Positions 21,148-30,843 are shown, numbered from the stretch's first letter. The stretch: DNA of 64,000 bases from a bacterium (GCA_030647355.1 JAUSIS010000013.1:177165-241164); one strand, 5' to 3'. The notes: generated from the letters alone by a model not told the origin. Translations and numbers: made by a program.

Positions 21148-21420
21148 ATGAATTATCAAAAATACACTTGGTATAATCGAAACGCAAAACTAGACAACCC
21201 CGAGACAATCCATCAAGTACTGTCATTTGGGAAAATTGATGAGATCAAGAAGATGGAACACATGCTTGGGTTAGAACAAATCACGCAAGTATATTTAAAA
21301 TATCCAAAAAATATTTATTCCCGACCGGTTTTCGCCTTTATCAACAAATATATTCTCAAAAACAAGGAGCCCATAGATGAGCGAAAATATCTCAAAAATA
21401 CATCTCGAAATCTTGAGTAA
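21148..21420 (+). CDS. Small protein, putative antitoxin partner of AbiEii-like nucleotidyltransferase
   Basis: 90 aa, IHQVLSFG motif, overlaps start of the downstream NTase; TATAAT just upstream (leaderless-like). Confidence 0.7.
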   Translation: MNYQKYTWYNRNAKLDNPETIHQVLSFGKIDEIKKMEHMLGLEQITQVYLKYPKNIYSRPVFAFINKYILKNKEPIDERKYLKNTSRNLE

Positions 21421-22039
21421 ACAGCAACAAGAAGTTCTGTTAAAACTCCAGCCGGTCCTAAAAGATTTCGTCCTCGGCGGCGGTACGGCGTTGGCGCTAC
21501 AGATCAAACATCGGCAATCTTTCGATTTCGATTTCTTTACTCTAAAACCAATTGATAAAAATCTACTGGAGAAAATTAGTCAACTCGGTTTTTCGTCAAC
21601 TGCGCCAATATTTGATAGCGTTGATGAATTAACTCTGATTATTGACAATGAAATCAAAATAACCTTTTTGTCTTATCCGTTTTCTAAAATATTTAATCTC
21701 GTTTTTCTAGATCAAAACATCCAAACATTCTCCCTCTCCGGCCTTGCAGCCCAAAAAGCTTATACAATCGGTAGGGGTGGAGTCTGGCGCGATTATTATG
21801 ATATTTTTACCTTACTTCGCCACAAATTTTTTACTCTAAAGGAAATCATCGGATTGACCCAGAAAAACTACGGTGACATTTTTAATCCCAAGCTGTTTTT
21901 GTCGCAGCTGGTCTATTTCGAGGACATTCAGGATTACTCCATTGAGCCAATCAATAATAGCTTAAACCCAATAGCTAGTAACGAAGTTAAAGCTTTTTTA
22001 GAAGAAGAAGTAGAAAAATATCTTGAAAGCATCAAATAG
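21377..22039 (+). CDS. Nucleotidyltransferase, AbiEii/AbiGii toxin family
   Basis: LGGGTALALQIKHRQSFDFDFF, KAYTI, RDYYD. Confidence 0.9.
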   Translation: MSENISKIHLEILSKQQQEVLLKLQPVLKDFVLGGGTALALQIKHRQSFDFDFFTLKPIDKNLLEKISQLGFSSTAPIFDSVDELTLIIDNEIKITFLSYPFSKIFNLVFLDQNIQTFSLSGLAAQKAYTIGRGGVWRDYYDIFTLLRHKFFTLKEIIGLTQKNYGDIFNPKLFLSQLVYFEDIQDYSIEPINNSLNPIASNEVKAFLEEEVEKYLESIK

Positions 22040-22047
22040 TCTTATTT

Positions 22048-22134
22048 CTTACCAGCTTACTCCCAGTCATTGCGAGGCCTCAGCCGTGGCAATCCCCCCC
22101 ATATTCTTCGAGCCCGGTCGAGAAGCTCTTCTTA
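22048..22134 (+). repeat. ~86-bp direct repeat, copy 2
   Basis: Near-identical to 20045-20130. Confidence 0.9.
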
Positions 22135-22177
22135 CTACTTACTAGCTTATTGCTTACTAGCTTCTGAAAGGAACAAC

Positions 22178-23581
22178 ATGTCACTACCCGCCAAGTCAAA
22201 GGACTACAAAGTCGCCGACCTCTCGTTACACGAGTGGGGTCGAAAAGAAATTGAATCAGCCGAAAAAGAGATGCCAGGACTGATGGCTCTCCGCCAAGAA
22301 TATGGCTCCCAAAAGCCCCTGAAGAGCGCTAGGATAGCCGGTTGCCTGCATATGACTATTCAGACTGCTGTTTTAATTGAAACCCTCTTAGAGCTCGGCG
22401 CAGAAGTTCGCTGGTCCAGTTGCAATATCTTCTCCACTCAAGACCATGCTGCTGCTGCCATTGCCAAAAAAGATATACCTGTTTTTGCCTGGAAAGGTGA
22501 AACAGAAGAAGATTATTGGTGGTGCATCGAGCAAACCCTAAAATTCCCAACCAACCCCTCCGTCATTGCGAGGAACTCCTCTTCCGTCATTGCAAAAGCC
22601 TTTAGCCCCGGACTCGATCCGGGGGAAGAGAAGCAATCTTCCCAAGGTCCCAACATGATCCTCGACGACGGCGGAGACTTAACACTGCTCGTTCACGAAA
22701 AACACCCTGAACTTCTCAAGGACATCATCGGCGTCTCCGAAGAAACAACTACCGGAGTTCACCGGCTTTATCAGATGATGGAAGCGAAAACTTTGAAAAT
22801 GGCCGCCATAAATGTGAATGATTCGGTCACCAAATCAAAATTTGACAATAAATACGGCTGCCGCGAATCTCTCGCCGATGGCATCAAACGCGCAACCGAT
22901 ATCATGATTGCCGGAAAAGTAGTTGTTATCGCCGGTTATGGCGATGTCGGCAAAGGCTGTGCCCAGAGCATGCGCGGCTACGGCGCCCGAGTTATTATCA
23001 CAGAAATCGATCCGATAATTGCCCTGCAAGCAGCCATGGAAGGCTTTGAAGTTCTCACGATGGATCAAGCCGCCGAGATAGGGGACATATTTGTCACCGC
23101 CACGGGCTGCTGTGATGTTATAACTGGTAAGGATTTGGGAAAGATGAAAGACGGCGCAATAGTCTGCAACATCGGACATTTTGATAGCGAAATAGATGTC
23201 AAATGGCTGGAAGATCAAAAAGACATCAAGGAAGAAAACATAAAACCCCAAGTTGATCGGTTTATTTGGCCAAACGACAAATCAATTACCTTACTCTCCC
23301 GCGGCCGTCTCGTCAATTTAGGCAATGCCCACGGCCATCCCAGCTTCGTCATGAGCACCTCCTTCACCAATCAAACGCTCGCCCAGATCGCCCTCTACAC
23401 CGAGAGCAGAAAATACGAAAAAGGAAAAGTTTACACTCTTCCCAAAGAATTAGATGAAAAAGTCGCCCGCCTCCACCTCGACAAGCTCGGCGTCAAATTA
23501 ACTAAGCTTACTAAAAAACAAGCCGACTACCTAGGCATCCCCCAAGACGGCCCTTTCAAACCCGATTCCTATCGTTATTAG
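22178..23581 (+). CDS. ahcY: Adenosylhomocysteinase, with in-frame repeat-derived insertion
   Basis: [54 protein letters not shown]; start at ATG 22178 with AAGGA RBS. Confidence 0.98.
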   Translation: MSLPAKSKDYKVADLSLHEWGRKEIESAEKEMPGLMALRQEYGSQKPLKSARIAGCLHMTIQTAVLIETLLELGAEVRWSSCNIFSTQDHAAAAIAKKDIPVFAWKGETEEDYWWCIEQTLKFPTNPSVIARNSSSVIAKAFSPGLDPGEEKQSSQGPNMILDDGGDLTLLVHEKHPELLKDIIGVSEETTTGVHRLYQMMEAKTLKMAAINVNDSVTKSKFDNKYGCRESLADGIKRATDIMIAGKVVVIAGYGDVGKGCAQSMRGYGARVIITEIDPIIALQAAMEGFEVLTMDQAAEIGDIFVTATGCCDVITGKDLGKMKDGAIVCNIGHFDSEIDVKWLEDQKDIKEENIKPQVDRFIWPNDKSITLLSRGRLVNLGNAHGHPSFVMSTSFTNQTLAQIALYTESRKYEKGKVYTLPKELDEKVARLHLDKLGVKLTKLTKKQADYLGIPQDGPFKPDSYRY

Positions 23582-23619
23582 CTTAATTCTTACCGCTTAC
23601 GAGCTTATTGCTTATATTT

Positions 23620-23651
23620 GCCCCTACAAACCCGACTCCTACCACTATTAA
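23620..23651 (+). pseudogene. Stranded ahcY 3'-terminal fragment 1
   Basis: Translates PYKPDSYHY* versus PFKPDSYRY* at the AhcY end. Confidence 0.75.
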
Positions 23652-23705
23652 CAATTGTTACTTGGGAATGAATTCCCCTCAATCCTTACTAGCGGCCTAT
23701 AGCCA

Positions 23706-23835
23706 AGACCACTGAAAAACTTACCCCATAGTAGTCATTGCGAGCAAGGCGAAGCAATCTCTAAACAAGGAACTGATTGCCACGGCCATTAAAAACGGCC
23801 TCGCAATGACAATCTAGAATGTTTTTCAGCGATCC
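23706..23835. mobile_element. MITE-like element with full GTCATTGCGAG...CTCGCAATGAC palindrome
   Basis: Imperfect TIR GACCACTGAAAAAC / GTTTTTCAGCGATC; flanking direct repeat TATAGCCA at 23698-23705 and 23836-23843. Confidence 0.75.
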
Positions 23836-23847
23836 TATAGCCACCTA

Positions 23848-23905
23848 TTGACAAAAATGACTCCATAAATTATAATAAATTTATGGAATTGAACTCCATA
23901 AATTA
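23848..23905 (+). promoter_or_regulatory. Consensus sigma70 promoter with overlapping operator-like repeats
   Basis: TTGACA 23848-53, 17-bp spacer, TATAAT 23871-76; TCCATAAAT / ATTTATGGA / TCCATAAAT repeats. Confidence 0.85.
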
Positions 23906-23926
23906 ATCTTAATATAAGGAGTTACT

Positions 23927-25066
23927 ATGACAAAATACACTCAAATACCAAGAGTATATGATAATCTGGAAAAATACTTAAAAAAAAATACCGTACTGGT
24001 GATTTATGGTCCAAGGAGAGTGGGGAAAACTACCATACTCAAAAACTTTCTAAAGAGCTATAAGGGCAAATACAAACTTAGCTCTGGAGACGATATTGAT
24101 GTCCAAGAAATCGTAGGATCCAGCCGCTTTTCTACTATTCTTGAATATGCAAGTAATATAGATCTTTTGGCCATTGATGAAGCTCAAAAGATTAGGGGGG
24201 TCGGTCAGGGTCTAAAAATTATAGTTGATCAGATAGAGGGCATTATTGTCATCGCAACAGGATCATCATCTTTTGATTTGGCTAATCAAGTCGGAGAACC
24301 ATTGACCGGACGCAAGAAGACGCTTACCCTATACCCCATAGCTCAAAAAGAACTCAAAGATTATTTTGGCGTATTTGAATTAAAGAAAAAACTACCGGAA
24401 TTTCTAGTTTTCGGTTCATATCCAACAATCATAACAGCCAAAACAAAAGAAGAAAAAACTCAACTACTTCTCGAAATAGTAAATTCATATCTCTTAAAAG
24501 ATATTTTAGCTTTGGATAATATCAAAAATTCCACTTTCATTATAAATCTCTTAAAGCTGCTCGCTTTTCAAGTTGGATCAGAAGTATCGCTAAATGAACT
24601 CGGCACCCAGCTTAATGCCGATGTTAAAACAGTAGCAAGATATTTAGATCTTCTTGAAAAAACCTTTGTCATAACAAGACTAGGTGGGTATAGTAGCAAT
24701 TTGAGGAAAGAAGTAACAGACAAATACAAATATTACTTCTGGGATAATGGAATTCGCAATGCAATCATCTCTCAATTCAATAATCTGGAGGACAGAAACG
24801 ATGTCGGTCAACTCTGGGAAAATTTCATCGTGATTGAACGGCTAAAGAAGTTGTCGTACGACAATATCTACGGCAATCGCTTTTTTTGGCGGACATATGA
24901 TCAAAAAGAAATAGACTTAATTGAAGAACGAGACGGAAAACTCTTTGGCTACGAAATAAAGTGGGGCACAAAGAAAGTCAAGAATCCCGACGAGTTTTTA
25001 AAAACATACAACAATGCCAGTTTTAAAGTGATAAGTCAGGATAATTACATAGAATTTATCAGCTGA
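23927..25066 (+). CDS. AAA_14 ATPase with DUF4143 domain
   Basis: GPRRVGKT, IDEAQ, TGSSS, LTGR, KYYFWDNGIRN, WEN, FWRTYDQKEIDLI...YEIKW. Confidence 0.93.
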   Translation: MTKYTQIPRVYDNLEKYLKKNTVLVIYGPRRVGKTTILKNFLKSYKGKYKLSSGDDIDVQEIVGSSRFSTILEYASNIDLLAIDEAQKIRGVGQGLKIIVDQIEGIIVIATGSSSFDLANQVGEPLTGRKKTLTLYPIAQKELKDYFGVFELKKKLPEFLVFGSYPTIITAKTKEEKTQLLLEIVNSYLLKDILALDNIKNSTFIINLLKLLAFQVGSEVSLNELGTQLNADVKTVARYLDLLEKTFVITRLGGYSSNLRKEVTDKYKYYFWDNGIRNAIISQFNNLEDRNDVGQLWENFIVIERLKKLSYDNIYGNRFFWRTYDQKEIDLIEERDGKLFGYEIKWGTKKVKNPDEFLKTYNNASFKVISQDNYIEFIS

Positions 25067-25156
25067 TTAGCCTCGCCTCATTTATCATTCTGAATCTTCT
25101 CCCCCATCATTCTAACCCGTCATATCTTGTCATTCTGAACTGTCAAGTGAAGAAGC

Positions 25157-25355
25157 GAGATCGCTGAAAAACCTCCTTCGTCATTCCAAAACCGGGTGGC
25201 ACCCAATATTTGGAATCCAGATATGAGGTTAATAGATTCCGGATCCGCCTTGGCTCGAAAGACAGGTCTGGGATCCCATTCCTGAATCAAGTTCAGGACA
25301 GACTCCGACCGGAATGACGATTTTAAAGGCTTTCACTGGGTTTTTCAGCGGACTC
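25157..25355. mobile_element. MITE-like element with nested GTCATTCC...GGAATGAC palindromes
   Basis: TIR GAGATCGCTGAAAAACC / GGTTTTTCAGCGGACTC (15/17); GAAGC duplicated at 25152-56 and 25356-60. Confidence 0.75.
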
Positions 25356-25501
25356 GAAGCTTCACTTCACTTCCTACACCGTCAATTTGAAAAAAACCAA
25401 AAATCCAAAGCAAAAGGACCTGTCCCTAAGAGGTCTTACTTATTGATAAACATACCATTGATTATATATTCGAAATACATTAAAATTAAGTTGAGGCAAA
25501 A

Positions 25502-25843
25502 ATGAAACTAAATAAATTGATCAATGAAACAAAAGGGAAATATTTTAGAAAATTTGATCCTGAAATGGTTCACTTTTATCGTACAAAAATGCCTAAAAAA
25601 TTAAATGTTAAAATTCATCAAGATGAAAACTGTAATAAATATTGGGCTGAAATTGATTTTGATGGTAAGTCTTCTAAAGATAAAATTTTTACTCAAGCAA
25701 AAAATCTGAACAATATCGACACTATGATCAATGATGCCATTGCTACATATTATGAAGTACCTTTTATATACGCAAAGCATATAGTAATAAGCAAAAATTA
25801 TGAACCTGAGGGAAAACTCAAAGAAACACTCAGAACTACCTAA
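25502..25843 (+). CDS. HicB-like antitoxin
   Basis: KYWAEI...IFTQAKNLNNIDTMINDAI pattern; adjacent to HicA-like gene. Confidence 0.7.
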   Translation: MKLNKLINETKGKYFRKFDPEMVHFYRTKMPKKLNVKIHQDENCNKYWAEIDFDGKSSKDKIFTQAKNLNNIDTMINDAIATYYEVPFIYAKHIVISKNYEPEGKLKETLRTT

Positions 25844-25851
25844 GGAATAGG

Positions 25852-26076
25852 ATGGGGCTCAAACCTTGTACTGCGAAAAAGTTAATACGCTCATTTATTA
25901 AAAATGGATGTATTATTATTGATGGCGGGAAAGGCTCTCATACAAAAATTAAACACATCAAAACTGGCGCCACAACGACAATCCCAAAAGGAGATCTAAC
26001 CAACGTACGACATGCAATACTCAACTGGGCTGAAAATCTCGGAATCACCAAAGACAATATAGAACAATATTTATAA
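25852..26076 (+). CDS. HicA-family toxin
   Basis: 74 aa, GKGSHTKIKH...TTIP HicA signature. Confidence 0.85.
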   Translation: MGLKPCTAKKLIRSFIKNGCIIIDGGKGSHTKIKHIKTGATTTIPKGDLTNVRHAILNWAENLGITKDNIEQYL

Positions 26077-26291
26077 AAGATTACATGGGATTTATCAGCT
26101 AATTAGCTTATCCCACCTGCAGAACCCCGCTAAAGGCGGTAGCCACTTATTAGCTTACAAGCTTATTGCATATTAATATTATCGTTCGAGGCCAGGCCGA
26201 GAACTTAACCTTTTAGTTCTCGATTCTCTTCGATCTCTCGAACAATATTCTATTCTTAATCCTTACAATCTTACCAGCTTATCGCTTGCCG

Positions 26292-26408
26292 GCTCGTAAT
26301 CATCTCGACAAACTCGGCGTCAAGCTAACAAAATTAACCAATAAACAAGCCGACTACCTCGGCCTCCCCGTAGGTGGCCCATATAAAAGTGATAATTACC
26401 GATACTAG
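26292..26408 (+). pseudogene. Stranded ahcY 3'-terminal fragment 2
   Basis: [38 protein letters not shown], 30/38 aa identical to the AhcY C-terminus. Confidence 0.92.
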
Positions 26409-26424
26409 CACGTAGGAATAAATT

Positions 26425-27408
26425 ATGATTATAGCAAAAACACCCATCCGAATTAGTTTTGCCGGGGGCGGAAGCGATCTTCATTCATTCTACAAAAATC
26501 AACTGGGTGCTGTTGTTAGTACCACAATTGATAAATATATATTTGTAACTGTTAATAAAAACTTCGACGCGGGAGTTAAGCTTAAATATTCAAAATCGGA
26601 AGATGTTAAAAAAGTTACTCAACTCAAACACAATCGCGCTAAAGCTATCCTTAATTATCTAAAATTAGATGGAGGGTTAGAAATATCTTCTCTAGCCGAT
26701 ATACCCTCCAAAGGTACTGGTCTCGGCTCGTCAAGCTCTTTCACCGTCGCTTTGCTTCATGCTCTTCATACTTATAAGCAAGAATACGCTTCTCCTGAAC
26801 AATTAGCCCAAGAAGCTTGCCGAATAGAAATTGATATTTTAAAAGAACCAATCGGCAAACAAGACCAATATGCAGCCGCCTATGGTGGCTTAAATTTTAT
26901 CCAATTCAACCCTGATAAATCTGTTTTTGTTGACCCAATCATCTGCAAACAAGAAACCATCCTGAAATTAGAAGGTAATCTCTTAATACTTTTTACAGGT
27001 ATTACACGCAGTGCATCTAGTATCCTGTCAAGCCAGAAAAAGAATATGGAAACTGAAACTAAAAAAACTCAAATAATGAAAAAAATGGTAGCATTGGCTC
27101 GTGATCTAAAAAACGAACTTCAAAAAAATAATGTTGAAGTTTTCGGGCAAATTCTTCACGAAAACTGGTTACTTAAGAAAGAAATGGCGAGCGGTATATC
27201 CAACGACAAAATTGATTACTGGTATAATAAAGCCATGAAAGCTGGTGCTACTGGTGGCAAATTATTGGGTGCAGGAGGAGGGGGATTTCTATTATTTTAT
27301 GCCCCTAAAGAGAAACATGATGCTATCAAGCGATCTCTAAAATCTTTGCGCCCTTTGGACTTTAAATTTGATTACCAAGGAAGTAAAATAATTTTTATCC
27401 ATGATTAA
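26425..27408 (+). CDS. hddA: GHMP kinase, D-glycero-D-manno-heptose 7-phosphate kinase-like
   Basis: PIRISFAGGGSD, GTGLGSSS, IGKQDQY, GGKLLGAGGGGF; heptose gene context. Confidence 0.88.
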   Translation: MIIAKTPIRISFAGGGSDLHSFYKNQLGAVVSTTIDKYIFVTVNKNFDAGVKLKYSKSEDVKKVTQLKHNRAKAILNYLKLDGGLEISSLADIPSKGTGLGSSSSFTVALLHALHTYKQEYASPEQLAQEACRIEIDILKEPIGKQDQYAAAYGGLNFIQFNPDKSVFVDPIICKQETILKLEGNLLILFTGITRSASSILSSQKKNMETETKKTQIMKKMVALARDLKNELQKNNVEVFGQILHENWLLKKEMASGISNDKIDYWYNKAMKAGATGGKLLGAGGGGFLLFYAPKEKHDAIKRSLKSLRPLDFKFDYQGSKIIFIHD

Positions 27409-27991
27409 TAAAGGAGAACTCATGATAACAACTGCAAATAAATATTTGGGAGAACTGCAAGAAACTATATCAGGATTGCCACTCAAAACACTTGAGAAAA
27501 TCAAAGACATACTTCTTGAAGCCCACCAGAAAAACCGGCAGATCTTTATGATTGGTAATGGAGGAAGCGCTTCCACCTCCTCCCACATAACTTGCGATAT
27601 TGCCAAAGGTATTCTAGGTCACACTGGCGAAAAAAAATCCAAACGCTTCAAAATCATTTCCCTTAATGATAATGTCGCTCTAATGAGTGCCTGGGCTAAC
27701 GACACCATCTACGACAATATTTTTTCTGAACAAATTAAAAACCTTGCCAAAAAGGATGATATCGTAATTGCCTTAAGTGCCAGCGGTAATTCACCGAACA
27801 TCATTAAAGCCGTTGAGACGGCTAACGAAATTAGCTGCATTACGATTGGCTTGGCTGGTTTCAATGGAGGCAAACTTGCAAAATTAACAGATATTTGTCT
27901 GACGGCTAAAATTGACAAATATGATATTGCTGAAGACACTCATCTGATTCTCGGCCACATTCTTACTAGATGGTTTTTTGAGAATGTATAA
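27401..27991 (+). CDS. gmhA: Phosphoheptose isomerase (SIS domain)
   Basis: GNGGSAS, ND, SASGNSPN, GFNGG, EDTH. Confidence 0.88.
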   Translation: MINKGELMITTANKYLGELQETISGLPLKTLEKIKDILLEAHQKNRQIFMIGNGGSASTSSHITCDIAKGILGHTGEKKSKRFKIISLNDNVALMSAWANDTIYDNIFSEQIKNLAKKDDIVIALSASGNSPNIIKAVETANEISCITIGLAGFNGGKLAKLTDICLTAKIDKYDIAEDTHLILGHILTRWFFENV

Positions 27992-28520
27992 ATCGGATCG
28001 CTCTATCTAAATCCCGCAATATATAGTCCGGTCTATGTATCCAATTTTCGACGAATTGAACCTGTTTTTTACCCCTACCTGTTAAGACTAAAATCGTTCG
28101 ACAACCGGCAATTGCCCCGGCTTCGATCCCTTCTTGAGCATCGTCAATCATAAAAGAATTAGTTAAATCAATATGAAGATCTTGTGCCGCACGTAAGAAC
28201 ATGCCAGGTTTCGGTTTGCGGCAATCGCAATTATCCCCGTACCCATGCGGACAATGATAAAAAGCTCTAATTCTGTCATTTCCCAGAATTTTCTGGATAT
28301 TTTCATGAATATTGTACAAATCATTTTCACTCATTAACCCCCTGCTAATGCCTCTCTGGTTAGTAAGTACCACGCTTAAAAATTCACTTCTGGCAAGTAA
28401 TCTCAACCCCGCCAGCGCATTCTTATAAAACCTAAATTCACCCCATGACTTAATATAATCATGCTCCTTAGTAATATGATTAATCACCCCATCACGATCT
28501 AAGAAAACTGCCTTGTTCAT
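27966..28520 (-). CDS. gmhB: D,D-heptose 1,7-bisphosphate phosphatase (HAD-IIIA)
   Basis: FLDRDGVIN, TNQ, CPH, CDCRKPKPGM. Confidence 0.92.
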   Translation of the reverse strand: MNKAVFLDRDGVINHITKEHDYIKSWGEFRFYKNALAGLRLLARSEFLSVVLTNQRGISRGLMSENDLYNIHENIQKILGNDRIRAFYHCPHGYGDNCDCRKPKPGMFLRAAQDLHIDLTNSFMIDDAQEGIEAGAIAGCRTILVLTGRGKKQVQFVENWIHRPDYILRDLDRAIRFIHSQKTI

Positions 28521-29230
28521 GAAAAACCTAATTCGTCCACCTTGCCCTGAGCCAACCGATAAGTCTCTAGCGTTCCAATATCCAACAAGAACTCTGTCAT
28601 TTTGTAACCATAAAGAGATTGATTATCTTCCAGTAATTTTGGGAATAAATCATGCCCAAAATCGAAAAATTTACCTTCTGGGATATATTTAATGACCTCC
28701 GATTCGCAAAGATAGATACCAGCATTCGCCCAGTTAGTCGTAATTTCTTCTGACTTAGGTTTTTCTTTAAATGATACTATTCTAGCATCTGAATCCATCT
28801 CAACAATTCCTTTACTTTCAGGATGCTCTTCGTAATATAAAGCTATAGTTACCAACCCACCTTTTTTCCGATGAAATTTGGCTAAATTATCTAGATTAAT
28901 GTTCGTTAAATTATCACCGTAGAAAACAAAAAAAGGTTGATCAAAAAATTCTGAAATTTTTTTGAGCGCGCCAGCAGTACCCATAAGCTCAGCCTCCTTA
29001 GAGTATTTTATTGTCATACCGAACTTTTTGCCATCACCAAAATACTCCATAATCATCTCTGGTAAGCAATATAAATTCATCGCACAATCTTTCACACCAA
29101 ATTTTTTCAATAAACGCAACTGATACTCAAGTAATGGCTTATTCCCAATTGGTAGCATTGGTTTAGGGATTTTATCAGTTAGAGGACGCAGTCTGGTTCC
29201 CAACCCAGCCGCTAATATCATGGCCTTCAC
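28517..29230 (-). CDS. Sugar-1-phosphate guanylyltransferase (HddC/GMPP-like)
   Basis: LAAGLGTRLRPLT..PKP, GTAG, YGD, NAGIY, DIGT. Confidence 0.88.
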   Translation of the reverse strand: MKAMILAAGLGTRLRPLTDKIPKPMLPIGNKPLLEYQLRLLKKFGVKDCAMNLYCLPEMIMEYFGDGKKFGMTIKYSKEAELMGTAGALKKISEFFDQPFFVFYGDNLTNINLDNLAKFHRKKGGLVTIALYYEEHPESKGIVEMDSDARIVSFKEKPKSEEITTNWANAGIYLCESEVIKYIPEGKFFDFGHDLFPKLLEDNQSLYGYKMTEFLLDIGTLETYRLAQGKVDELGFS

Positions 29231-30228
29231 TACTTCTCCTTGTATCCATTCGGATGCTTTTTATACCACTCCCAAGCAGTCTCAATAATTGTCTTCAAAT
29301 CCGAATATTGATTCTTGTACCCCAAGACATCTGACATCTTGCTCGAATCAGCTATTAATCGGGCAGGGTCACCCGGCCGTCTCCCTTCAACAATTACCTT
29401 GAATTCTTTACCCGATATCTTTTTTACCCATTCGATAATCTCTTTCACACTATAACCCTTCTTATTACCACAGTTAAAATAATCGGTACCGCAACCATTG
29501 TCTAAGTATTTCAAGGCAGCTACATGAATCCCGGCAAGATCGCTAACATGGATAAAATCTCTAATACCTGTACCATCTGGAGTTGGATAATCATCGCCGA
29601 ATATTTTAAAAGCCTCTCTCTTGCCTAAAGCAGTCAATATTGCCAGAGGAATCACATGCGTTTCTGGATCATGATTTTCCCCGATCTTACCATCGGGATC
29701 AGCCCCCGATGCACAAAAATAACGCAGCGACACCGACTTAATGCCATAAGCCCTGTCATAAGCCCCCAGAATCTGCTCAAACTGCCATTTAGTTAGCCCA
29801 TAAGGATTCGTCGGGCTTTTTGGATGATCTTCATTTGTGACCTCACTCTGCGGCTCTCCGTAGACAGAAGCGCTAGATGAAAAAACTATTCGCCTTACCC
29901 CATTGCCCCGCATCGCTTCCAATAGATTCATGCCACCAGTAATATTATTATCAAAATACTTGGCTGGATTTTCCACCGAATCAGGCACCGAAGCATACGC
30001 CGCAAAATGCACAACGCCGTCAATCTTATTTTCTGCAAATATTTGGTTCAACTGTTCTTTGTCCCGCAAGTCGCATTTGACTAACTTACCCCCGACTACA
30101 GCATTCTCGAATCCATTCTCCAAGCTATCAACTACCACCAATTCATAGCCCTGTTTCAGTAATTCTTTAACTGTATGCGACCCAATATACCCTGCCCCAC
30201 CGGTCACTAAAATACAATATTTTCCCAT
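29230..30228 (-). CDS. galE: UDP-glucose 4-epimerase
   Basis: TGGAGYIGSH, HFAA, SSSASVYG, YGLTK, LRYF, RDFIHV. Confidence 0.95.
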   Translation of the reverse strand: MGKYCILVTGGAGYIGSHTVKELLKQGYELVVVDSLENGFENAVVGGKLVKCDLRDKEQLNQIFAENKIDGVVHFAAYASVPDSVENPAKYFDNNITGGMNLLEAMRGNGVRRIVFSSSASVYGEPQSEVTNEDHPKSPTNPYGLTKWQFEQILGAYDRAYGIKSVSLRYFCASGADPDGKIGENHDPETHVIPLAILTALGKREAFKIFGDDYPTPDGTGIRDFIHVSDLAGIHVAALKYLDNGCGTDYFNCGNKKGYSVKEIIEWVKKISGKEFKVIVEGRRPGDPARLIADSSKMSDVLGYKNQYSDLKTIIETAWEWYKKHPNGYKEK

Positions 30229-30363
30229 CGTTTCTCCTAAAATTCCCTCTAATATAACTCATCAATTACAATTTTACCAATCCTACGGTAATTTTACAAA
30301 TCAGTTAATAATCTTGTAATATTTAAACCATTTCGTATAATTTAGAGGACGTGAAAGGACAAT

Positions 30364-30834
30364 ATGAGCAAAAAAGAAATCAAATTCGCCCCTCGGGAAA
30401 TCTTCGAACAAATTCTAGAATGGAGCGTGATCCCGACTTTCGATCTAATCATCGAGTATGGAAATCAGGGTATCCTGCTAGTGAAACGGAAAAACGCGCC
30501 ATATAAAAATCAATGGGCATTACCTGGATTAAGGATGTTTAAGGGAGAAGAGATAGATGATGTCTTAGCCAGAATAGCTAAGAATGAGGTAGGTATACAA
30601 ATCGACCCTAAGCAAAAACATTTGATTAACCAATACGTTGGCAAATTTTCTACCGAATACAAGAGACAGGACATATCAACCGGTTATTCTATTAGAGTTG
30701 ACTCTGCGCAACCAATTAACCTTAATAAAGAACATTTTTTCCAATTCCGGATAATCACATCTCATCAACAAATTCCATCCCCAATGGGCGCGATGTATAG
30801 TCACTATCTCAAAGAGTATTTTTCAAATAGATAA
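30364..30834 (+). CDS. NUDIX-family hydrolase (GDP-sugar hydrolase-like)
   Basis: LLVKRKNAPYKNQWALPG...KGEEIDDVLARIAKNEVG degenerate Nudix box. Confidence 0.8.
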   Translation: MSKKEIKFAPREIFEQILEWSVIPTFDLIIEYGNQGILLVKRKNAPYKNQWALPGLRMFKGEEIDDVLARIAKNEVGIQIDPKQKHLINQYVGKFSTEYKRQDISTGYSIRVDSAQPINLNKEHFFQFRIITSHQQIPSPMGAMYSHYLKEYFSNR

Positions 30835-30843
30835 GGAAGTTAT

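Noticed and set aside
22070-22177. N-terminal extension of AhcY in the ORF track
   Set aside because: It is translated repeat DNA; ATG 22178 has an RBS and gives a normal AhcY N-terminus
23706-25355. Composite transposon carrying the ATPase
   Set aside because: Each MITE-like element has its own distinct flanking duplication, and the outer flanks do not match
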